Shown one piece after another: positions 54,807 to 64,000 of a DNA stretch of 64,000 bases. Under the pieces are notes generated by a model, which saw only the letters and a program-made list of their open reading frames with translations, did not search any database and was not told where the DNA came from. Origin of the DNA: Cyanophora paradoxa CCMP329. Lineage: Eukaryota; Plantae; Glaucophyta. A program made the translations under genes and the position numbers. Within the stretch, counting starts at the first letter, position 1; every line of letters begins with the position of its first letter. The stretch lies in assembly GCA_004431415.1 (NCBI GenBank), contig QPMI01000395.1, positions 310,001 to 374,000 of the forward strand, read 5' to 3'.

Positions 54807-55971
54807 GATTCCCTCGGGGGGGTACGGGGTTGCGAGGGCCGCCTCTGGCGGCGCCCTTGTGCACCCCGCGGGGGACAGTGCGTAGCAGCTTCGTCTTCTA
54901 CAGCCTGCTGGCGTTCCGGCAAGCCCGGGATCATCGCGCCCGCTGGCAGCTAGCGCAATCTCGGGAAAGATCGACAGCCGCGCCTGGCGGGTCCGGCGCC
55001 GATCTGGGCTCGTCCTGGATCGTACGCCGTGCGCGTAAGGACGCCCCGGGCGCGGCGGATCCCCCGCGTGCGCGCAGGTTGCTCTTCGGACGCACCATCC
55101 AACAGCGCCCGGCAAAGTAGAAGGCGGCAGAGGCGGAGCGAGTAGGACCATTCCTCCCGCCAGATGACGCCGGCCTCTCGATGACCGGCGGCCGCCGAGG
55201 TTCCGCCGCGCGGGGGTCCTCCTGTGCGTCTCCTCCGGCGCCGGGACTCTCCTCTCTGCTCCGCTCTCGGGTCCTCGTCCTCCGGCGGCCCGCGTCTCTC
55301 TCCTGCGGGCACCCGGGGGCGCCCGCCAGCGGGTCGGCGACGGTGGAGCCTCGCCGCGGCCGCGCTGCGATCGGGGCAGGTGTCTGGCGGCGGCGGACTG
55401 GTTCTCACGCACTGGTGGCGGGAGCTCGAGGAGGAGGAACCGCGGCGCGAGGTGGCGGCTCACCCCTGGCAAACCGCTCCAGCGGCGGCCCCGCGCGGGT
55501 CGCCGTGGGCGGAGTTGGGGCGCCGCGCGCCACCCGCAGTCGTCCCCCTTTCTCTTTCTCTCGTCCTAGATATAGAAGTAGGAGTAGGCGACGCGCGCGA
55601 CGCTACGTTTCTTTCTTTCTCGTCGTCTATCTCTGAGGTTGGGTTCCTTCGCAGATCCTTTCCTGCTTTCGTGACTCCTCGTAGGGATATGCCTCGTGCA
55701 TCCTGGAATATAGGCTATTATGTACTGAGGTGTACGTGGGCAGGCTATCGGAAAACGAGAACCCTTGCTCCCCGCAGTACATAGGTCTGTTTTTTCAGGA
55801 CCTTTTATGAGGATGGGCCCATGGGCAGCTGTCTTGCTATTCTCTACTTGTTAGTGAGGCAGACTGGTAAACTTCGGTTTTGGGTAGATTCGACTTGTCT
55901 ACTTTCGGAAGGGTCCGGTAGATTGATGTGGTAGTGCCGTCAATATACCGTCATTTTTGCAAAAAAAAAAA
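54807..55971 (+). mobile_element. 5'-truncated poly(A) retro-insertion (non-LTR 3' fragment or retrocopy)
   Basis: 18-bp TSD CGTCGGACGCACTCTCGA at 54789-54806 and 55972-55989. A11 tail at 55961-55971. Confidence 0.88.
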
Positions 55972-56209
55972 CGTCGGACGCACTCTCGAACTTTCGATAA
56001 TTTATAATTCACCAAAAAGCTTAAGTTTGCACAGCTGCAGGCTTGCAATTCGCAAATCCGATCATCAGATCATTGTATCAAGGTACCGCCGGACCGGCGC
56101 CGGTCACGGGTACCGGTATACGGTAGTAACGGTACTGGCCCAGTGGCCCAGTGGTAAACCAGCTTCCTGATCATGATCCCCGGACTTCGCCTTTAATTTT
56201 TCGGCCATA

Positions 56210-59200
56210 TTTTTTTTTGAGAGACTACGGTGGGGCGAACCCCCCGTAGGTAGTGATATTAAAGACAACAAAGCAATCACAACTCAAAGATACAGTAAAC
56301 TAGCACAAAATATATACAGAATCAAGAGGGATCACGAGAAGGGACACGATCAGAAGAACGCAAAAGATAAGGAGAACGAGCACGAGGAGAAGGAGTAGAA
56401 GAACTCAAGGGCGTCGACGCAGAATTACTAGTCACACTAGAACGACGAGGAGCACGGGGACGCAGCAAATAAGGAGAACGAGCACGAGGAACTACAGTCG
56501 AAGACGAAGATCTAGACGAAGACGACAAGACAGAGCTAACAGCAGAACTAGAAGACGTAGTCGCAGGAGGCAAAGGCGGTAGAACAGTAGGAGAGGCGAA
56601 ACGTAGGACACCACTAGAGGGGAAAGTCGAAGCTGGCGGAGTGTCTAAACGGAATCGAGATTGTAGAGTTGGTAAAACAATGGACGGCTGAAGACTAATC
56701 TGAGGAACTGGGGACGACACGAGGAAAGGGGCAGAGCTCGGGTTCAGACTCGGAATCGGCAGTATAAGAGGAGGGGCGAAACGCAAGCCAGTAGTGACAG
56801 GGAAGGCAGACGATGGGGCTGAACCAGGCGGGAGAGGCAAATATAGCGAAGTAGAAGAGAGAGAAGGGTACACACGAGGAACGTCACCATACACAAAATA
56901 CTCACTGCCAAAAACTATACGGTCTGACGGTCGCTGAAGATAAAGAGGCGGAACTGCCTGAGGGCTAACAGTGAGAGATGGAGGAGGAAGAGGCAGAGCT
57001 AACGACAAAGGGAACGGAATCAAAGGTACAGGGAAGGCATGGAATACACGAGGAACTGGAAGGTGGAGGGGGCCAGTGCTCCTAACTAACATCGATGAAG
57101 CATCTGATGGAGGTGACGGCAAAACAACTGAGGGTAAACTAAGTTGAGGTGAAGCGAAGATTGATACAAGACTATCATGAATCAAAGGGGGCCATGCAGG
57201 AACCGGCGGGCGAGGTGGATCTGGCGGGACAGCCAGAGGGGAAGCCGAAGGTACAGGAGAGGAAAGCCGCAGGCGCCGAGACACATGGACAGGGGACGGA
57301 TCGGCATCGGGAGGCAAGGTTGAATTCGACGGAGACCGGGGGCGGCGGATTCGTGAAACGGAAGGTATCAGAGAAGGACTAGGGGGGGCAGGGAAGTACG
57401 GAGCCGCTGAGCAGGTGGCGACGGTGAGAGTGCAGGGGAGCGAATCCGTCGCAAAGTCGGAACAGGCTGACGGGGCTCGGCATATGTAGCCGCAGCTGCA
57501 GGAGCTGGAGCAAGCACTGGGGGTGCCGGATCCGGAGACTGGAGGCGGGGCGCTGGGCAGGAGGCACAGGATCTGGAGGATTCTCTGAACTAGAGGGGTT
57601 CGAGGTCGGCGAACGCCACGGGCGTTAGCAGGATGTTTATCAGCCCGAACATGACGGTCACGATCAGCAGAAGACTGAAAGTTCTTCCCACAAATAGGGC
57701 ATATTAATGTGGAGGCAGAAGCGGCGCTAGCACTAGCATCGGCAGACGAGCTCAAACGAGAACTCGAGGGAGCCGGGACCGAAGCTGTATCAGCGCTAGC
57801 AGATGGCCTCGCAATGTGCTGAACTTGAGGATTCACGCCGACGCCATTAACTGTAGCAGCAGGCCTAGGGGTAGCGACTGCAGGGGGGCCCGGGACCGCG
57901 ACTGCTGGGGGGCCCAAGCGCTGTAGAGGGATAGCTCCGCGCACAGAAAAGAAGCTCGCATCAAAAATAGATTGAGGGGGGCTAGGGCGGTCACGTGACT
58001 CAGGGTTTGAACCATCGTAATCAGAGCCCTCCCCTAAATGCCGTAAACGAAGAAGCTCAATGCGCTCGACAGCAGGAGGCAACGTAATCTCGAGAATATC
58101 CAGAAAACGTTTCCACAGGTTTAGCAGAGCATTAACGGAGTACACTGGTACCCGCTCAGCAAGTAAATTATCGGGTGAGAGATATGCACGGGACAGCTGA
58201 AAAATTGCGTAAATGCCCGCCAAAATATAACCGAGATACCGAACACAGAAATCGGCATCCACAGAAGATGTGATCAATGTCCCCGCAACACCGGGAACTT
58301 GTGGATCTAGAATAGCGGAGAACGTAATAGGAGGCAATGGTAAAGAGGGCTGCACGTCCTCGGGCAAAGCCTCTGCTAAGGATGTGAGCTCAGCATGCAT
58401 GGCCCGCCAAAAACCCTGCACCACAGGGCAATCAAAGAAAACGTGCCGCACTGAACGATGCTGCCCATCATTACAAGCGCGGCAGAAAATAGCCGCGACC
58501 GGCGGCCGTTGTAAAGATGGGAAAGCCTTATATCGGAGACGGAAGAGGACATCGAGCCACAGCATAGGAAAGGCACGAAGGGCGACGAGCTGAGACACGC
58601 GATTAAGAGGGAGATCCAGACCCCAGTGTTCTGAAGGCATCTTAGCCCTACTCCGCACCCGCCACAGTCGCTGTACCTCGAGCTGGTAAAAGCGCCGAAC
58701 AGAAAAGCCCTGAAGCGTGAGCATCTTATCGAATGTGAAAGCAAAATTGCTGTAGGAAAGCGTAGCTGTCGAACCCGTACCAAGCGAAACCAGAATTGGA
58801 CGCGAACCTCTGCGCAAAGAAATAAAATACTGGGAGGAGAGCACATGAAGCGGCAAGAGGCCAGCTGGTACGCCAGGGTACAAGAGCGGATCTGGAGGGC
58901 GGCCACGGGGCCAGGGGACGAAATCCAACACCCGTGGGACAATCTCACCTTCAAAAAGAGGGAAGGCCACAAAAAAGCCCGAGGGACCCCTCAGATACAC
59001 ATATTTATCATCTTTCGATTTATACCATAAGAAACGTTCCGGTACGGCATTAGCAGTAAGCGTTGTAAGCCAACTGGATGGCAGGGCACGACAAATTTGA
59101 TCAAAGGCAGCAGTATAATCAACTAGCATTGCAGGGGGAGCACGAAATCGGTGCAACTGTACATCCGGGATCCCAAATGTCAGCGACGCGCTGTACACCG

Positions 59201-60380
59201 GCTCTCGCAAACTCAGTATGTGTCTGTGCTGCAATGTCACTAGGAAGAACATATAAAGGATTAAGAAAAATAGGCTGGGTCAAAATTTGATGCACGGTTG
59301 TAGGAGATGCAACGGCTTGACGATCTCGCCACGCCTCAAACAGCATCTGCCAAAGCGGTGGCAAATGCAATCTTGGCAAGATGGCAGACACATCAAGCCC
59401 CAAAATGACATTAGCATAAGAGAATGGAGCCAACTGACGGTCTATTTGGTATTGAATATATTCCTTCCAAGGAGCTGAACAGGCCGGGTCGTTAAGGAAG
59501 GCAAGCCATTTAGATTTTAAAGCCAGCGAAAACGTAACAATATCTGGGCAATTTAATCCACCGTCTTTAAACGGAAGCGCCGTAACATATGTAGATACGG
59601 AGCCGCGTACACCCGAAAAGTTGCGGATTAAATTACTCCAAGCTTTATAACGATCACCTCCCGGTTCTAAAATATACAGCGGATAATGTAGTGATCCCAC
59701 GATAGCAGCCCACGCAAGTAAAACACCAGAGCGTAGAGGCATCCGATTTCGGTTAACTGACTGTGCGCGCAGAACGAGAGCAGCAGTCTTTTTATTCCAA
59801 AACCGGTCATGCACTAGCTCCAGAGGGAACCCGAGATATTTGGCGATCTTGGCATCTGCGGAAATCTCAGAAGGATCAACCTTCATACGCTCAAAAGGAC
59901 AATCAGGTGGAAGAGATAAATTTGAGTGCATGGGTAGTATATGCGATTTTTCGAGATTAATTTTCGCCCCTGTTAACCGTTGAAATTTCTTAATGAGAGC
60001 GTCCCAAATGGGGAATTCCGCAAAGGAGGCAATAAGGGGAACAGTATCATCAGCAAACTGGAGGACCTTGCATATGGACCGCCCAGAAATTTGCACCCCG
60101 CGTATACGGGGTTCAGTATCGATTAACATGATTAATAGATGCGCACACAAATTATATAGATATGGCGATAGAGGACCACCCTGCCGGACTCCGCACCGGA
60201 TGGGAAACCGAGGCGTTGTCCAGCCATTAATATGGATCATCCCCGACAGATCAGAATACAAAAGACGGACCCAGTCAGTAAAGTATGACCCAAATCCATA
60301 TTGATTCAAGGTCCAGAAAAGAAACTCCCAATTCACCCGATCATAGGCTTTGGAGAAATCAAGGAACCCCAAACAAAGTT
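56210..60380 (-). mobile_element. L1/Tx1-like LINE, truncated or interrupted inside the RT domain
   Basis: T9 at 56210-56218 (poly-A on the minus strand), a terminal hairpin, a short 3'UTR, and an RT ORF with lower GC than host genes. Confidence 0.92.
56322..60372 (-). CDS. LINE ORF2, partial (RT, zf-RVT, C2H2 finger, Pro/Ser tail); one frameshift near 59168
   Basis: FLDFSKAYD, GVRQGGPLSPYLY, QFADD, KINLEKS, KYLG, DGGL, CRACNDGQHRSVRHVFFDCP. ORFs 59119-60372 and 56322-59252 join if one base is removed from a short homopolymer. Confidence 0.9.
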
Positions 60381-60653
60381 CCTCGAGTATTGCCTCACGG
60401 CTTTATGCCGTCAGGAGCCGGCGCCCCGAGTCCTGTTACTCGCGGTGCTTGGCCTTAGTCTCTGCAGCGTTCTCTTTGAGTGCACCGATTGGACCCCCAC
60501 TACTTTTCATGTACCCCTCCCGGGCTCAGACCCCGGGTGACACACTTGTACCCTGCACCTGTTCACGACACACCAGCTCTGCCCGCTTGCGCTGCCAGCT
60601 TGCCTACGCTGCGCAGCACGCACGAGCATGTTCAGCTGTACCGGAAACCTGGT

Positions 60654-61700
60654 CCTACCCCGTCGCCCTTCCCCGCCCTCTCCCCTCGGCTCCTCCCCGC
60701 CTCCGCCGCGCTGCGGACGCTGTGAGCCTTGGAGGAGACCTCAGATCGCAGCCGGCCCTCCCACGTGGAAGCCCGGCCGGTGATCTACGTGCGGCACCTC
60801 ACCCCTACCCCGTCGCCCTTCCCCGCCCTCTCCCCTCGGCTCCTCCCCGCCTCCGCCGCGCTGCGGACGCTGTGAGCCTTGGAGGAGACCTCGGATCGCA
60901 GCCGGCCTTCCCGCGCGGAAGCCTGGCCGGTGACCTACGTGCGGCGCCTCACCCCTACCCCGTCGTCCTGCCCCGCCCTCTCCCCGGCTCCTCCCTCGCC
61001 TCTGCCTCGCTGCGGACGCTGCGAGCCTCGGCGGAGACCTCGGATTGCAGCCGGCCTTCCCGCGCGGAAGCCTGGCCGGTGATCTACGTGCGGCGCCTTA
61101 CCCCGACCCCGTCGTCCTTCCCCGTCCTCTCCCCTCGGCTCTCCCCTCGCCTCCGCCTCGCTGCGGACGCTACGAGCCCCGGAGGAGATCCCAGATCGCA
61201 GCCGGCCTTCCCGCGTGGAAGCCCGGCCGGTGATCTACGTGCGGCGCCTCGCCCCGACCCCGTCGTCCTTCCCCGTCCTCTCCCCTCGGCTCTCCCCTCG
61301 CCTCCGCCTCGCTGCAGACGCTACGAGCCCCGGAGGAGATCCCAGATCGCAGCCGGCCTTCCCGCGTGGAAGCCCGGCCGGTGATCTACGTGCGGCGCCT
61401 CGCCCCGACCCCGTCGTCCTTCCCCGTCCTCTCCCCTCGGCTCTCCCCTCGCCTCCGCCTCGCTGCAGACGCTACGAGCCTCGGCGGAGATCCCAGATCG
61501 CAGCCGGCCTTCCCGCGTGGAAGCCCGGCCGGTGATCTACGTGCGGCGCCTCGCCCCGACCCCGCCGTCCTCCCCCGTCCTCTCCCCTCGGCTCTCCCCT
61601 CGCCTCCGCCTCGCTGCGGACGCCACGAGCCTCGGAGGAGATCCCAGATCGCAGCCGGCCTTCCCGCGTGGAAGCCCGGCTGGTGATCTACCCGCGGCGC
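60654..61700 (+). repeat. About 7 tandem monomers of 149-151 bp in the leader of a retroelement
   Basis: Units start near 60654, 60804, 60954, 61103, 61254, 61405 and 61556, sharing the core GATCGCAGCCGGCCTTCCCGCGTGGAAGCCCGGCCGGTGATCTAC. Confidence 0.95.
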
Positions 61701-61911
61701 CCCGGCTTCCACCCGTCGCCGCCGTCCCCGCCCCGCCCCGCCCGCTCGCCAGCCGACGCCCGTTCGTCGCCGGCACCACTTCCCCGCCCGCTCCACTCCG
61801 CCCCGATCCCGGCCGCCGTCGCGCGCCGACGCCGCGCCGGAACCCTCGCCTCCTCGCCCCAGCCCCTCGGCCCCGCATCGGTTCCCTCCGTCTCTGCCGC
61901 GTGCAGACACG

Positions 61912-64000
61912 ATGGACTCCATGCACTTCGACGACGCGCCGCGCCGGCGCTCGGCGACCAACACCTTACTTCAAGAGCTGACGGACGTTGCTGCGGTCAC
62001 CTCCAACGCCTCAGCGGAACGTGAAGCTCTCAACGCGCTGTCCAACACGGAGCGGCCGATCCTCATTGACTGCGGCGGCGGCATCTGCATCACCAGTCCG
62101 GGCAACCCGCTCACGCCGCAAGGCGTCGCCGCCTGGCGAGACGACGCGCAGCGCGCAATCGACGGGGACACGAAGCGATACTCCGACGCCGACGACAGCT
62201 CGAAGCTCGCACTCGCGGGGGCTACTCTGGCGGCCAAGGCGCTCCCGTCGCAGTACCAGGCCTCCATCCACGACATGATCAACCAGACGCGTCAGCTTAC
62301 CCGTGACCTCGCCAAGGCCAAGGAGGAGCACCGCGACGCGGCTGACGCAGTCACTGACCATGTTCGGGAGAAGGGCCCGGACGTGGCGGACCGGTCTCGG
62401 GACACGCGCGACACACGCCAACGGCTTTTGACTAAACGTGACACAATCAAGCGAACGATTCGGAACATCACCTACCAGCTCGAGAGCGACCACTGCATCC
62501 GCGGACTCCCGTCACTTGTACGCTGGGTGGCCATCAACATTACGGAACAGGAGCGCTTCCGCACACAGACGGTCCTCCTTCAGGCTTACAACGGCTACCC
62601 GCTCCCGGAGATGGTCAGCACCGTCGCCAAGATTCTTAGCTTCGTGGGGCGGGTCTAGTCTGCAAGCTGGAAGGCCAACCTACACCGATGGAGGTGTATG
62701 ACGTTATCAAGAAAATGATCGCGGCCCGGGACCTGGAAAGTGGACGTTACCCCCTCGGTGACTACCAGCTCGCCAAGATGGATAACTTCAAACAGGCCCG
62801 GAGGGCGGCAAAGGAAGTCAAGGATCTGGCGATGAAACACCAGCCGCCGGCTGCCTTGCTCAACGACGTGCAGGCGTGCAACGCTGCGGTAGCAAACTTC
62901 TTACTTGAAGTCCCGTGGCTACTCCGTACCTTCCCGTGGAAAGACGTCTCCCGCCGCTCCACGACTGTCGCTCCGCCAGCCTCGGCCTCTTCCTCTTCCC
63001 GCTCCGTCGAGAAAACGACCGCCCGTGCCGCAAGCACGCGCGAACCGTTCGACTCCTTGACCTCCGTCTCCGACGAGCAGCTGGCCGCCCGTGCCGCGCG
63101 CACGCGCGACCAGCGCTCTCATGACCACGACGACGAGGAGGACGTCGACCACGAGCACACCAAGCCCCGCTCTTCACAGTCGTCCACGTCGTCGCACCAG
63201 CACCACCTCGGCTGCTGCGGCGGACAGTACGACAACATGTTCCGCGCAAACTCTGCCTCGGACCGTGTACTTCAGTTCCAGCTCGGCCAGATCTCGATGG
63301 CGCGTCTTCTCAACGAATCGCAGGGCACGGAATTTGAAACTCCGACGACGGACACGATGGCTTACGGTGACGCCGACGAGACCGAATACCCGTTCAATTA
63401 CGCCGACATCGGTTACGTCTACCAGAATGCGACGGCCCCGCAGACCGCCCCTCTCTACCAGGCGACGGCTCCCCCACCCGCTGGCTCGAGCGCGAACTCG
63501 ACCCGGCCTCAGACACGGCCCTCCGATCATAACTTCAACCTGCCTCGCCTGCAGACGAAGACGGATCTCCTCGCCGGCCTCAACATCCTTCGCCCCGACA
63601 AGCCCGTCCGTCCTAACGGTGCACGCTGGCTCTGTGAACGCTGCGTGAGGGCTGGCCTCCCAGAGGACGCCTGCTGGCATTTTGGCGACGATTACCTCCT
63701 CTGCACGACCCACTGGTACCGGTCGGAGCTGCGCAACTTGCCCACCTCCGACCCCATCGTCGCCCAACTCCACCGTACCCTCGGCTTGACCCCGTCCACC
63801 TCGACGCCGACGGGCGTCCCGACCGCTGCGCTACGGACTAAACAGCCTGGCGCTTGCTACCTTTGCGGGGCCTACGGACACTTGGCGGCACACTGCGAGT
63901 GGGTCGACAGGTGTCTCCGCTGCGGACAAAAGGGCCACATCATGAAAGACTGCCCCAACCCGAACGGCGGCGGCCCGGGAGACCGCGGCGCTGGACGCGG
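61912..64000 (+). CDS. Gag/ORF1-like protein with two CCHC zinc knuckles; runs off the window
   Basis: Intronless. ORF 61912-62658 joins an open frame (ATG at 62688) if one G is added to GGGG at 62646-62649. Knuckles CYLCGAYGHLAAHC and CLRCGQKGHIMKDC at about 63855-63953. Confidence 0.8.

Noticed and set aside
60645-60665. tRNA primer-binding site (TGGTCCTAC) after an LTR
   Set aside because: It is not preceded by a CA LTR end, I cannot match it to a tRNA 3' end, and it overlaps the first tandem monomer.
60654-61700. CRISPR array
   Set aside because: Whole 150-bp units repeat with no unique spacers, no cas genes are present, and the context is eukaryotic.
62640-62690. Programmed -1 frameshift in the gag-like ORF
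   Set aside because: There is no X XXY YYZ slippery site. A single missing G in a G-run explains it, and homopolymer indels are pervasive in this assembly.

Overview
Eukaryotic, GC-rich, intron-dense nuclear DNA. Introns are mostly 50-70 nt, often with GC-AG boundaries, and three plastid transit peptides carry Phe at position 4-5. Together these point to a glaucophyte such as Cyanophora (inference). Many single-base indels in homopolymers look like long-read errors, so frameshifts are not reliable. Layout: (1) 1-25.36 kb is a complex tandem array of modules, including a 5'-truncated unknown spliced gene (5 copies) and a TSD-flanked, A-tailed retro-insertion encoding the C-terminal half of a Ulp1/SENP (C48) protease (7 copies, 2 complete). 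The ancestral nested insertion survives at the right end. (2) 26-46.7 kb holds two diverged UBL+HECT (UPL5-like) E3 ligase genes in inverted orientation. They bracket three head-to-head gene pairs: NELF-E-like RRM / YlmG, a DAGxSGDW plastid protein / a coiled-coil GAS2-like protein, and IMP3 / a plastid malate dehydrogenase. (3) 47.4-52.4 kb is a surface protein with LamG-like, REJ and GAIN/GPS features that ends in a GPI-like tail instead of a multi-pass membrane domain. (4) 53-64 kb is a transposon cluster: a TA-flanked MITE, a poly(A)/TSD retro-insertion, an L1/Tx1-like LINE with a long C-terminal extension, and, back-to-back with it, ~150-bp tandem monomers followed by a CCHC gag-like ORF. 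Best novelty candidates: the NELF-E-like gene, the Ulp1-tailed retroelement and its amplification, and the GAIN/GPS protein without a 7TM/TRP domain.
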